Positions 1 to 10,090 of a DNA stretch of 64,000 nucleotides are shown here, piece after piece. The notes beneath the pieces were generated by a model that was given only the letters and a program-made list of their open reading frames with translations, made no database searches and was not told the DNA's origin. This stretch comes from an uncultured delta proteobacterium (GTDB lineage Bacteria; Desulfobacterota; Binatia; UBA9968): the NCBI GenBank assembly GCA_963755715.1, contig CAVWLW010000025.1, forward strand, positions 64,001 through 128,000. The letters are read 5' to 3'. Numbering within the stretch: the first letter of the stretch is position 1; each line of letters opens with the position of its first letter. The position numbers and the translations under genes were made by a program.

Positions 1-1403
1 CACGGGTCAACAGCGATGTCCAGCTCGTGCGCTACGCGATCACCGACGCGCTCGCATCCTTCTTGAAGGACGCGACCTCGCTCGTGGTGTTGATGGTCGT
101 GGCTTTTCTGAAGGACTGGGTGCTCGCGTCCATCGCATTCTTTGTCTTTCCGGCTTCTGTCCTGCCGATCATGCGGTTGAGTAAACGCATTAAACGGCTG
201 ACCCGGCGCGGTCAGATCAGCACCGGCACGCTTACCTCGCTCCTGCAAGAGAGCATTCAGGGCAATCGCATCGTCAAGGCGTTCGGCATGGAAAGCTATG
301 AAGACCAGCGCTTCATGCAAGAAAATTGGAAACTCTTCAAGCAGTCGCTCAGGGCCAGCCGCATCAAGGCGGTCGTTTCACCGTCGATGGAACTGCTCGC
401 GTCCTTCGCGATCGGCGGCGTGGTTTGGTATGGCGGTTGGAGCGTGATCGCCGGCGGCCGCACCCAAGGCGAGTTCATGGCGTTTATGGCCGCGATGTTT
501 TTAATGTACGGACCATTTAAAGGGCTGAGCCGAACCTACACTAGTGTTCATCAGGGTCTCGCCGGAGCGGAGCGCGTTTTCGAAATGTTGGATGAAAAGC
601 CGGCAATCGATGACAAGCCGGATGCGAGGGAGGCGAAGCCGTTTGCGGAAAAAATCGAGTTTCGTGGCGTTGATTTTGCTTACGCCGACGCGCCGGTCTT
701 GAAGCGCATCAATTTGATCATCGAAGCCGGGCAGATGGTGGCGTTGGTTGGCATGAGCGGCGTCGGCAAGAGCACGTTGGTCGATCTCATTCCACGCTTC
801 TATGACGTCGATGCCGGTTCGTTAACGCTCGATGGCGTCGACGTGCGCGATTTGACCGTGCGCTCCTTGCGCGCACAGATCGGCATCGTCACCCAGCACA
901 CCTTTCTATTTAACGATACAGTGCGGAATAATATTGCCTATGGCTCTCTGGATCGCGACATAGAGGCCGTGATCGCGGCGTCGAAGGCGGCGCACGCGCA
1001 CGACTTTATCATGGCGATGCCCAACGGCTACGATTCGATGATCGGCGAGATGGGTATGCAATTATCGGGAGGGCAGCGCCAACGCCTAGCCATCGCCCGA
1101 GCGCTGCTCAAGAACGCGCCGATTTTGATTCTTGACGAAGCCACCTCGGCGCTCGATACGGATTCCGAGCGTCTGGTGCAAGATGCCCTCGAGCATCTTA
1201 TCGCGACTCGCACCACGCTTGTGATCGCGCACCGCTTGTCGACGGTGCGCCGCGCTGATCGGATCGTGGTGATGGTCGATGGCGCGATCGCGGAAGAAGG
1301 AAGCCATGAAGAACTGCTCGCGAAAAACGGCGAATACAGCCGGTTGTATTCCATCCAGGCGTTAGAAGACCGTGAACCGGAACAGCGGGAAGTATTGCAT
1401 TAA
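1..1403 (+). CDS. msbA: Lipid A/LPS ABC exporter (MsbA-like), 5'-truncated by the window edge
   Basis: ABC TM domain plus NBD (Walker A GMSGVGKS, LSGGQRQR signature, ILDE Walker B). The frame is open upstream of 27. Sits directly before waaA and lpxK. Confidence 0.9.
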   Translation, partial: RVNSDVQLVRYAITDALASFLKDATSLVVLMVVAFLKDWVLASIAFFVFPASVLPIMRLSKRIKRLTRRGQISTGTLTSLLQESIQGNRIVKAFGMESYEDQRFMQENWKLFKQSLRASRIKAVVSPSMELLASFAIGGVVWYGGWSVIAGGRTQGEFMAFMAAMFLMYGPFKGLSRTYTSVHQGLAGAERVFEMLDEKPAIDDKPDAREAKPFAEKIEFRGVDFAYADAPVLKRINLIIEAGQMVALVGMSGVGKSTLVDLIPRFYDVDAGSLTLDGVDVRDLTVRSLRAQIGIVTQHTFLFNDTVRNNIAYGSLDRDIEAVIAASKAAHAHDFIMAMPNGYDSMIGEMGMQLSGGQRQRLAIARALLKNAPILILDEATSALDTDSERLVQDALEHLIATRTTLVIAHRLSTVRRADRIVVMVDGAIAEEGSHEELLAKNGEYSRLYSIQALEDREPEQREVLH

Positions 1404-1417
1404 AGGTCGGGCCCGGC

Positions 1418-2687
1418 GTGTGGTATTTGCTTTACAATATTACCTTGACGATCGGCTTTTTGGCCGCGTTGCCGTTTGTGCCGTTGATTTACTTGCTCGG
1501 CCCGCGCTATCGAGACGGTCTTGGGCAACGTTTTGGGATTTATCCGCCAACCGTCGACGCGGTTTTGCGCGCTGCCCGGCCGGTGTGGATCCATGCAGCC
1601 TCGGTCGGCGAGGTTCGCGCCGCGGCTCCGCTCGTGCGCGCGCTCAAGACGAGCGTCCCCGCACGAAAAGTTTTGCTATCCACGTTCACCGCCACGGGCC
1701 ATCGGATCGCGGCGCAAACGGCAGGCGTCGACGCGGCGATTTTCCTGCCCTTAGATTTTTCCTGGACGGTCCGCCGTGCGTTGACAAGAATTCATCCGGT
1801 GCTGCTGGTGTTCATCGAAACCGAGATTTGGCCCAATCTCTTGCGTGAATCGTTTCGCCGCGGTATTCCGACGCTGCTCTTGAGCGGGCGGCTGTCGGCC
1901 AAGGCATTTTCGCGATATGCGCGCTGGCGTCCCTTTTTCCGCCGGGTTCTTGGATGTTTCACATTTTTTGGCATGCAGTCGACCGAGGACGCGGCGCGGC
2001 TCCAAGGGCTTGGCGCGGATGAAAAAAAAATCTCGGTAGTTGGTAGCTTGAAGTTTGCCGCCGGCCCGACCGACAGAGCAGTTGGGGACCTTGAACGCGG
2101 CGCGCGATCCGGATCGGTATTTGCTGGTCGCCGGCAGCACCCATCGCGGCGAGGAAGAGATTTTGCTCGAGGCGCTCGCGCTCTCTCGCGCCCGCTTTCC
2201 GTCGCTTTCGATGGTGATCGCGCCGCGCCATCCCGAACGTTTCGACGATGTGGAGAAGTTGTTGCGGAGCAGCCCGTTCGATTTTCAGCGAAGGTGTGGA
2301 ATCGAGCCGGACCGATACTTTGAAAAAGACATCCTGCTGCTCGATACCGTCGGCGAATTGCCGGACTTTTTTGCCGCCGCCGATATTGCCTTCGTCGGCG
2401 GCAGTCTGGTCGATGCCGGAGGACACAACGTTTTAGAGCCGGCGCGTTTGCAAAAGCCGGTGCTGTTTGGCCCGTACATGAGTAATTTTGCGCGCATTGC
2501 TGGCGAAATGAAGCAAGGAGGAGGCGCCATCGAAGTCCACGGTGCGGCCGACTTGGCGCATAGATTGATCGAGCTATTGAACGATGCAGAGGCGCGGCTC
2601 CGCATGGGCAAACTCGCGTCCCAATTCGCCGGGGCCCATCAGGAGGCCTTCACGCGCAATTTGGTTTTGGCGCAACGCTATCTATGA
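1418..2687 (+). CDS. waaA: Kdo transferase, frameshifted near 2100-2115
   Basis: N-terminal ORF 1418..2323 has WIHAASVGE and ETEIWPN. C-terminal ORF 2055..2687 has AGSTH, APRHPERF and GGHNVLEPA. Confidence 0.9.
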
Positions 2688-2722
2688 AATTGTTAGTGCT
2701 ACGAGCCGTCCGTTAAGCGTCT

Positions 2723-3817
2723 ATGAGGACGGTGTCGGTTCGTGAGGTGTGGGAGCGCACGGGGGCGCGCGGAAAGTTTTTGTGGTTATTGTTGCTGCCG
2801 GTATCGCTTTTCTACGCTGTCGCCGTGCAACTACGCAATTCGCTTTACACCTTGGGCTGGGTGAAATCGGCGCGCCTACCCAGACCGGTGATCAGCATCG
2901 GGAATCTCACCGTCGGCGGCACCGGCAAGACGCCGACTTGCTTATGGCTCGCGGAGGAGCTGAAAAGTCACGGATTGAGCGTCGGAATTTTGAGCCGCGG
3001 ATATCGTCGTGAAGAAACTCGACCGCTCGTTTTACAACCGCAAAGCGCGGATGTTTCGACTCTGGACAACCATGCGGATATAGCCAGGTCAGGCGATGAG
3101 CCGTTGATGATGGCACGTCTTTATGGCCAGACTATCGGCATCGGCAAGAACCGGAGCGCGGCCGCCGCTGAGCTGTTGCGGCAGAGCGACGTGGATGTTT
3201 TTATTCTCGACGATGGTTTTCAGCACCGTCGTGTTAAGAGGGACGTCGATCTATTATTAATGGGCTCCGAATTTTCCGGCTGGACTCTTCCCGCCGGACC
3301 CTTTCGCGAGCCGCGGCGAAACTATCGTCGCGCCGATTTTTTTCTGGTTACCGGCGCGCACGAAGATTGGCGCACGGTCATTCCCGCTAACCGCGCGGAA
3401 ACTAGTTTCGCCGCTTCTTTGCAACCGGTTTCTCTATTGAGTTTGGACTCGCGACGCCGTAAAGAATTTCCCTTGACACTACTTTACCGCAGTAAAATTT
3501 TGACCGTCACCGGAGTCGCTGATCCTAGGGGATTGTATCGGATGATCCACGAATGGGAGGGTGAAATTGTCGAGACCCTCGAGTTCCCGGACCACCACTC
3601 CTATACCGCTCGAGACTGGCAGCAAATCAATCGGGTCGGCCGCCTCGTCGATTTGATCGTTACGACTGAGAAGGATATTTTGAAGCTAGTGCGTTTTCCA
3701 TTTGCAAAAGATAAACTGTTGGCGCTACGGGTAGCTATGAACGTGGAAAACGGTTCAGCGCTCGTGCAATCGATTGTCGCTAGAATTAATCAAGCGCGGA
3801 GCTGCGCTCAGGCATGA
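2723..3817 (+). CDS. lpxK: Tetraacyldisaccharide 4'-kinase
   Basis: SIGNLTVGGTGKTP, SRGY, GDEP, LDDGFQH, PAGPFRE, FPDHH and TTEKD motifs. Confidence 0.95.
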   Translation: MRTVSVREVWERTGARGKFLWLLLLPVSLFYAVAVQLRNSLYTLGWVKSARLPRPVISIGNLTVGGTGKTPTCLWLAEELKSHGLSVGILSRGYRREETRPLVLQPQSADVSTLDNHADIARSGDEPLMMARLYGQTIGIGKNRSAAAAELLRQSDVDVFILDDGFQHRRVKRDVDLLLMGSEFSGWTLPAGPFREPRRNYRRADFFLVTGAHEDWRTVIPANRAETSFAASLQPVSLLSLDSRRRKEFPLTLLYRSKILTVTGVADPRGLYRMIHEWEGEIVETLEFPDHHSYTARDWQQINRVGRLVDLIVTTEKDILKLVRFPFAKDKLLALRVAMNVENGSALVQSIVARINQARSCAQA

Positions 3818-3890
3818 AAAGAGCCTGAGTGGAATTTGCGTGGCGATTTACGAGACGTGATTTGGCGTTATTGGTGAAAGAAGGGTATCA

Positions 3891-4832
3891 ATGAAGTCGC
3901 TGATCACAGGTGTTGCCGGTTTTATCGGTTCGCATCTCGCCGAACGGCTCCTCGCCGCTGGGCACGAGGTTACCGGCATCGACAATTTCCTCGATAATTA
4001 TCCGCGCCCATTCAAAGAAAAGAATCTCGCGGCGTTTTCCCGCCACGACAAGTTTAGGTTCCTTAACCAAGATCTGTTGCAAAGCGATTTGGCAAAACTC
4101 TTACACGACGTTTCCTACGTGTTTCATCTCGCCGGCCAACCCGGCGTTCGTTCCAGTTGGGGACGTGAATTCACCCGATATACGGAAAATAATATCACGG
4201 CGACGCAATTGCTCTTGGAAGCGTCGAAGGGTTTGCCGCTCGCGAAATTCGTCTATGCGTCGACCTCATCGGTCTATGGCGATACGGACGATTTGCCCAT
4301 GCGCGAAGAAGGGCTAACTCGACCGGTGTCTCCTTACGGTGCGACTAAGCTTGCCGCCGAACATTTGTGCCATCTGTACTGGAAAGCTTTTGCCGTGCCG
4401 ACCGTTTCGCTGCGCTTTTTTACCGTTTACGGTCCGCGCCAGCGACCGGACATGTTCTTTCATCTGTTTATGCGCGCTTTGCGACGCGGCGACGAAGTGC
4501 CGCTCTTCGATGACGGCGAGCAGACTCGCGATTTTACATTTTGCCAGGATATCGTCGATGGCGTAATGGCCGCGGCTACTTATCCGGGACAAGGAGAAGT
4601 GTTTAACCTGGGCGGTGGATCGGAAGTGAGTTTATTGAACGCGATTTCATTCGCAGAGAAAATCGCCGGACGAAAGGCCAACCTTACGCGTTTCGATCGT
4701 CAGAAGGGCGACGTGCGTCACACTAAGGCGCGTCTCGATCAGGCGAAAAATAAGCTTGCTTACCAGCCAAAAGTTGGTTTGGAAGAAGGATTAGCGAGTG
4801 AGTGGAACTGGATTTGTGCTAATTCGGACTAG
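3891..4832 (+). CDS. NAD-dependent nucleotide-sugar epimerase/dehydratase (UDP-glucuronate 4-epimerase-like)
   Basis: TGVAGFIGS, HLAGQPGVR, YGATK, RFFTVYGPRQRPDM. Confidence 0.85.
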   Translation: MKSLITGVAGFIGSHLAERLLAAGHEVTGIDNFLDNYPRPFKEKNLAAFSRHDKFRFLNQDLLQSDLAKLLHDVSYVFHLAGQPGVRSSWGREFTRYTENNITATQLLLEASKGLPLAKFVYASTSSVYGDTDDLPMREEGLTRPVSPYGATKLAAEHLCHLYWKAFAVPTVSLRFFTVYGPRQRPDMFFHLFMRALRRGDEVPLFDDGEQTRDFTFCQDIVDGVMAAATYPGQGEVFNLGGGSEVSLLNAISFAEKIAGRKANLTRFDRQKGDVRHTKARLDQAKNKLAYQPKVGLEEGLASEWNWICANSD

Positions 4833-4906
4833 CATTTTGTGAGTTTAAATTTCGGCTTGAAAAGTAAACTGTCGCTGCGGATTTTTAAAGAACTTCGAGG
4901 TGAACC

Positions 4907-5767
4907 ATGGGCGAATATTCAGAAGAAGACATCGGCAATATCGTAAGTCTCGAGCATGTTAACGTGCAGATTCCCGACCAGTCGCTCGCAACGCTTTTTT
5001 ATGTCGTCGGCATGGGCTTTACGCGCGATCCCTATTTGAACGTCGGCCTGAACAACATGTGGGCGAATGTCGGCGAGCAGCAGTTTCATTTACCCACCCG
5101 CAGCCCGCAAGTGATCGATGGTCATATCGGCGTCGTCGTGCCGAACCTCGATGCTTTGGAAGCGCGTCTAAAAACCATCGGCGAAGGACTGAAAGGCAGC
5201 AAGTTTGCTTATAGTCGGAGCGACGATTCTATTTCTGTTACCTGTCCTTGGGGCAATCGCTATCAATGCTATTCGAGCCAGCCCTCTTTCGGCGACATGA
5301 CGCTGGGAATTCCTTACGTCGAATTCAGGGTCTCGCCCGGCGCGCTGCAAGGGATTTTACGGTTTTACCAAACCGCGCTCGGGGCGCCGACGGTACTGGA
5401 GAGCGATCGGCAAGGTCGCTTCGGCCGGGTGAAGATCGGCCGTCATCAGTCGCTGTTATTTCGCGAAGCGGCCGATTCACCGGCGCCCTACGACGGCCAT
5501 CATATTGCTATTTACGTCGCTAACTTTTCCGGGCCTTTTGCCTACCTCAAGAGCCGCAGCCTGATTTCCGAGGACGTGCGCAATCATCAATTTCGCTTTA
5601 AAGACATCGTCGACCCCGAGGACGGCGCCAAGAAATTCACCTTGGAACATGAAGTGCGAAGCCTCAAACATCCGATGTATCACCGGCCGTTTGTCAATCG
5701 TGACGCGGCGCAGTCACAGCGCGCTTACCGGCGTGGCTGGGACGCGCTGATTCCGTTTCATCACTGA
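4907..5767 (+). CDS. Conserved hypothetical protein, VOC/glyoxalase-like fold
   Basis: 286-aa ORF with RBS (GAGGTG). Repeated VOC-like units (LEHVN...FY...G; HIGV; HHIAIYV). Confidence 0.6.
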   Translation: MGEYSEEDIGNIVSLEHVNVQIPDQSLATLFYVVGMGFTRDPYLNVGLNNMWANVGEQQFHLPTRSPQVIDGHIGVVVPNLDALEARLKTIGEGLKGSKFAYSRSDDSISVTCPWGNRYQCYSSQPSFGDMTLGIPYVEFRVSPGALQGILRFYQTALGAPTVLESDRQGRFGRVKIGRHQSLLFREAADSPAPYDGHHIAIYVANFSGPFAYLKSRSLISEDVRNHQFRFKDIVDPEDGAKKFTLEHEVRSLKHPMYHRPFVNRDAAQSQRAYRRGWDALIPFHH

Positions 5768-5809
5768 TATCTCGACTACTTTTTATCATGCTTCGAAGGA
5801 GCTGAACTC

Positions 5810-5977
5810 ATGGCAATTAGCAAAGACCTTTTGGATATCCTCGCATGCCCGAAGTGCAAGGGGGATATTCACCTCAACCCGACAAACGACGGCCTGATCT
5901 GCGAGGCCTGCCGGCTGATGTATCCGATCAAAGACGACATCCCGATCATGTTGATCGATGAGGCGATCCAGTTATAG
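5810..5977 (+). CDS. Trm112/YcaR family protein (55 aa; not in the ORF track)
   Basis: Manual translation MAISKDLLDILACPKCKGDIHLNPTNDGLICEACRLMYPIKDDIPIMLIDEAIQL*. AAGGAG RBS. A typical lpxK neighbour. Confidence 0.9.
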   Translation: MAISKDLLDILACPKCKGDIHLNPTNDGLICEACRLMYPIKDDIPIMLIDEAIQL

Positions 5978-5982
5978 CGCCG

Positions 5983-7083
5983 ATGGCTGCACTCAGTTGG
6001 GATAACGTCCTACTGCTTCAAACTAGCTTCCTCGGCGATACCGTATTGACTTTGCCGCTGGTCGCCGAGCTCAGGCGTCGCTTTCCCGTAAGAAAACTGA
6101 CCATCGTCTGTCAGCCCGCGAGCCGGGACCTTTTACAGGATCATCCGGCTATCGATGAACTGATCGTCGACGATAAGAAGCGCACGGATCGCGGATGGGC
6201 TGGGTTGCGTGCTAAAGCGGCCAGTTTAAAAGCCAAACGGTTTACGCTGGCGATCACGCCGCATAAATCCCTACGTAGCGCACTCTTGTTGTGCTGGGCC
6301 GGAATACCTTGCCGGATCGGCTTTCGCCAGAGTGCCGGCTGGTTTTTGTACCATCGCCGGGTTGCGCGCGACCCGCGGCGTCACGACGTCGAAAGGAATC
6401 TTTCGGTTTTGCAAGCATTCGGCGTGCGCATCGAAGACTGCGAGCGCGCTCTCGATTTGCCGGTTAGCGCAGCGCTGCAAGAAACGGTCAATCACAAGCT
6501 ACGCGCGCTAGGCATCGCCGATGATCACATGGTTGTTGGCGTGAACCCCGGTTCCGTGTGGCCGACCAAGCGGTGGTCCGCCGCCGGATTCGCCGAACTC
6601 ATTCTCATGCTTAAAAAAAAGCTCGATTGCCAGATCTTGCTTTTCGGCGGCAACGAAGATGCTGCTGTGGTCGAAGACGTGCAGGCTCGCTGTCAGGCGG
6701 CCGCTGTCAATCTGGTGGGGCGGATCAGTCTGCGCGAGCTTGCTGCGGCGATCAGCCGCTGTGCGGTATTTGTTACCAATGACAGCGGGCCGATGCACGT
6801 GGCGGTGGCCCGAAGGGTACCGACCGTGGCGATATTTTGCGCGACGACGCCCGAGCTCGGCTTTTTCCCTTATCTGGCGGATGCAATTGTTGTCGGCCGG
6901 GAGCTCTCCTGCCGACCCTGCGCTTCCCACGGTGGGCGGCGCTGTCCGTTGGGTCATGCGAATTGTATTCACCAGATCGGTCCGGAAAAAATATTGGAGA
7001 GCGTGCAACGGCTCTGGAAGGGCGACCGGCGCGGACTCAACTCATCCGTCACGCCTTTTCAGCCGGAATTCGTGACCGTTTGA
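5983..7083 (+). CDS. waaF: GT9 LPS heptosyltransferase II-like
   Basis: QTSFLGD, PGSVWPTKRW, TNDSGPMHVA, C-terminal CRPC...CP. Confidence 0.8.
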   Translation: MAALSWDNVLLLQTSFLGDTVLTLPLVAELRRRFPVRKLTIVCQPASRDLLQDHPAIDELIVDDKKRTDRGWAGLRAKAASLKAKRFTLAITPHKSLRSALLLCWAGIPCRIGFRQSAGWFLYHRRVARDPRRHDVERNLSVLQAFGVRIEDCERALDLPVSAALQETVNHKLRALGIADDHMVVGVNPGSVWPTKRWSAAGFAELILMLKKKLDCQILLFGGNEDAAVVEDVQARCQAAAVNLVGRISLRELAAAISRCAVFVTNDSGPMHVAVARRVPTVAIFCATTPELGFFPYLADAIVVGRELSCRPCASHGGRRCPLGHANCIHQIGPEKILESVQRLWKGDRRGLNSSVTPFQPEFVTV

Positions 7084-7922
7084 AATCCCCTTTCGCACAA
7101 TCAGAACTTGTTCAACCGGCAACCCGCCGCTCGAGGAATTACCGCATCTTTAGTGAGAAGTTAAGTTGGGGTGCGCTTCCTGACGGCTTCAACAGGGTGG
7201 TTGACGAGCGCGGTCATCGCCTCGTGGTTCGGCAAGATCAGGTGGCGCACATCGATTTTTCGTTGTGCGATAATGATCGCGCCGGCGCTTTGGCAGACTC
7301 TCGCTACCACGGCCGCGGCGTGCTGCGCTCGATCGTGCTGCCTGACGGAGATATGGCCTTGATCCGCGCCTATCGCCATGGAGGCTTCTTTCGAAACGTT
7401 GCCACCACCTGGTTTTTTACCTGGCCACCGCGGCCCTTTCGCGAGCTCGTCCTCACAGAGGAGTTGCGCCGGCGCGGCTTGCGCACGGTGGAAGTGTATG
7501 CCGCTTGCGTGAACCGGCCCGCGGGGCCTTTTTATCGCGGCTGGCTCATCACGAAGCAACTGCAAGGCGCGGAAGATCTCTGGTCGGCGTTTCACAGTGG
7601 ATTGATAGAACGGATTGGTTTAACCGCGGCACTGCGCGCCGTAGCGAGTGGCATCCGCGCGATGCACCGGGAAGGGGTCTACCACGCCGATCTTAATCTA
7701 AAAAATATCCTCTTGCGGGTCGAGAACGGTGCGCCGGTGAGTTACATCATCGATTATGATAAAGCGAGGCTTTTTCTCGGCCGGCTTCCGATCGCCTTGG
7801 CCAATAGAAATCTCGCTCGTTTAAAGCGTTCGGTGCTTAAGCTCGACCCCGAGCAGCGCTATTTTTCCGCAGCGGCGTGGCGTGAGCTTGTCAAATTTTA
7901 CCATGAAGATCGGCACGCCTGA
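7080..7922 (+). CDS. Kdo kinase-like LPS kinase (KdkA-like)
   Basis: GRG, RxYRHGG, YHADLNLKNILL, IIDYDKA, NLARLKRS. Probable TTG start at 7080 overlapping the waaF stop (ORF track start 6837). Confidence 0.75.
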   Translation: MKSPFAQSELVQPATRRSRNYRIFSEKLSWGALPDGFNRVVDERGHRLVVRQDQVAHIDFSLCDNDRAGALADSRYHGRGVLRSIVLPDGDMALIRAYRHGGFFRNVATTWFFTWPPRPFRELVLTEELRRRGLRTVEVYAACVNRPAGPFYRGWLITKQLQGAEDLWSAFHSGLIERIGLTAALRAVASGIRAMHREGVYHADLNLKNILLRVENGAPVSYIIDYDKARLFLGRLPIALANRNLARLKRSVLKLDPEQRYFSAAAWRELVKFYHEDRHA

Positions 7923-8967
7923 GTTTCAGCCGAAGAAGATCCTGATCATTCTGCACGGCTCGATCGGAGATGTTACCCGGGCCTTGCCCTTGGCCGGTGC
8001 ATTGCGCAAAGCTTTTCCGAGCGCATTTATTGCCTGGTCTATCGAACCGGCGTCGTTGCCCTTGCTTCAGGGCAATGACGCGATCGATGAGATCCTCCTG
8101 TTCGATCGGCCGCACTGGCGCCAAACGATCGGCGCTTTCCTTGCTGACGTGAGGCGGCGCAAGTTCGATCTGGTGCTCGATTTGCAACGGCACCTCAAAA
8201 GCGGGCTTATCAGTCGATGGACCGGCGCGTCCCAGCGCCTCGGCTTTCACCGTCGCGACAGCAAGGAGCTCAACTGGATTTTCAATAATCTGCGCATCGA
8301 GCCATACGGCGATAGGATTTCGAAGCTCGAACATTATGGAAAATTTGCCGATTACCTAGGCATTGAGCGGGCGCCGCTGGAATGGGATTTTCATCTCACC
8401 GCGGCGGAGTTGAATTGTGTTGAAAAACATCTTTTCGGTGTGAGCGCGTCCTTTGCCGTTTTGTTCATCGGCACGCGTTGGCAAAGCAAGCAGTGGTTCA
8501 CCGGGCAGATGGCTGAGTGCGCCCAAGCTCTGCGCAATGAATATGATCTCGACGTCGTGTTGCTCGGCGGCAAGGAAGATCAAGAGATCGCTCGCCAGGC
8601 GGTCGCCGAGTCGCAGGTCAAGGTGACAAATCTCGCCGGGTTCACGTCGCTTCGTGAAGCGATCGGCATTATCGAAAGAGCGAAGCTTGCGGTGGGGCCG
8701 GACACCGGCTTGATGCACATTGCGGCGGCCGTGCACACGCCGGTGATTTCGCTCTGGGGCGCAACCAGTCCCGAGCGAACCGGACCCTATGGCTTCGAAG
8801 ACTTGATCATTCAAGGGCGCGCGTCCTGCGTGCCGTGCAATCGCCGCCATTGTAGTATTGGCCGTATTTGTCTGAAGTCCATCACCACCGCGCAAATCGC
8901 CGAGAAAATCGGCATGGCTTTCAAGCGCCAGCCGGCGAGGAGACTTTGCCGTGCCGAAGGCGAGTGA
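7903..8967 (+). CDS. GT9 heptosyltransferase (WaaC/WaaF-like)
   Basis: HGSIGDV, DLQ, GPDTGLMHIAAA, GATSPERTGP, CVPC. Confidence 0.85.
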   Translation: MKIGTPEFQPKKILIILHGSIGDVTRALPLAGALRKAFPSAFIAWSIEPASLPLLQGNDAIDEILLFDRPHWRQTIGAFLADVRRRKFDLVLDLQRHLKSGLISRWTGASQRLGFHRRDSKELNWIFNNLRIEPYGDRISKLEHYGKFADYLGIERAPLEWDFHLTAAELNCVEKHLFGVSASFAVLFIGTRWQSKQWFTGQMAECAQALRNEYDLDVVLLGGKEDQEIARQAVAESQVKVTNLAGFTSLREAIGIIERAKLAVGPDTGLMHIAAAVHTPVISLWGATSPERTGPYGFEDLIIQGRASCVPCNRRHCSIGRICLKSITTAQIAEKIGMAFKRQPARRLCRAEGE

Positions 8968-9859
8968 CTATCGTTCGCGCCGTGCCGGCGCTTGGCGCCT
9001 CAGAGTCTTGCCGGAGCACTGGAGTGACGATTTACAGGAAAAGGTGCTGGCGCTGATCGCCGCGCAAATGCCGTCGAAGCACCCGCAAACGATTGAAGTC
9101 GACGCGCCAGCGGCTCGAAACGGCGAGAAATTTTATCTTAAAATATTTCATGACGGCGGACCGCTCAGTGGGATTAAAGATATTTTTCGACCGTCAAAGG
9201 CGTTTCGTTTCTGGCGCCAAGGCGTCGGGCTTGCCTCGGCCGGGTTCAATGTTCCGGAAACTATCGGCGCCGGAGAAGTACGGTGCTTTCGGATTGTTCG
9301 ACGGAGCTTTGTTCTGACCGCAAAAGTCGACGGCCAGCCGCTGCCGGTATTTTTGGCGGACCTGCTAAGCACGCGTGAAGGATTAACAATCAAAAGAACC
9401 GGACTGATGAAGCTCGCGCGCTTGATCCAACGGTTGCACCGTCGCGGATTTGTCCACGGCGACCTGATCGCGTCGAATCTGTTGGTCGCGGTGGCGGACA
9501 GTCGAGAGTTATCGTTTTATTTCATGGATAATGACCGCACTCATTGGTTCCCAGGCTGGTTGCCGCAATCCCTGTGGAAACGAAATCTGATTCAATTGAA
9601 TCGCATGCCGCTGCCGGGCATTACCTTACAGGACCGCATGCGGTTTTTATGCGCCTATCTGGGGCAAAGCCACTTGTCACGCCGCGAGCGCGAGTTTGCG
9701 CGCTGGATCGAAAATAAGACGCGCCAGCGCCGCTATGAGTGCGATGGGGTCGATCCGACGCTGAGCTTTAGGAAGTTGATGCACTGGAACGCCGACGTTG
9801 AGGTGAGTCATGATCGCGCAAGCGAACATCGCGGCATTATGAAAGACGCGGCTGGCTAA
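8951..9859 (+). CDS. LPS kinase, Kdo/WaaP/InaA family
   Basis: YLK, HGDLIASNLL, FMDNDR, NLIQL. Confidence 0.75.
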   Translation: MPKASDYRSRRAGAWRLRVLPEHWSDDLQEKVLALIAAQMPSKHPQTIEVDAPAARNGEKFYLKIFHDGGPLSGIKDIFRPSKAFRFWRQGVGLASAGFNVPETIGAGEVRCFRIVRRSFVLTAKVDGQPLPVFLADLLSTREGLTIKRTGLMKLARLIQRLHRRGFVHGDLIASNLLVAVADSRELSFYFMDNDRTHWFPGWLPQSLWKRNLIQLNRMPLPGITLQDRMRFLCAYLGQSHLSRREREFARWIENKTRQRRYECDGVDPTLSFRKLMHWNADVEVSHDRASEHRGIMKDAAG

Positions 9860-10090
9860 GTCATGGCAAATTCGGCGAGAAATTGCGCCGGACTCGGGTC
9901 AAGTTCGCGGCGCGATTTTTTACTTATCTTTTTTGGCCATTCATTGGCGGCCTAGCTTAATCGCGATCATTGGCGCCGAGAAAGACCCCGTGGTGGCGGC
10001 GTTACAATGGGCAGATTCTTGCCTATCTTTTCGATCCTGCTTTGCTGATGTCTGACAACATCGTTGTGATCGCCCGAAAGCTCGCCGCCG

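Noticed and set aside
9860-10090. 230-bp gap in the LPS cluster as an ncRNA or gene remnant
   Set aside because: No recognisable structure, motif or ORF could be supported.
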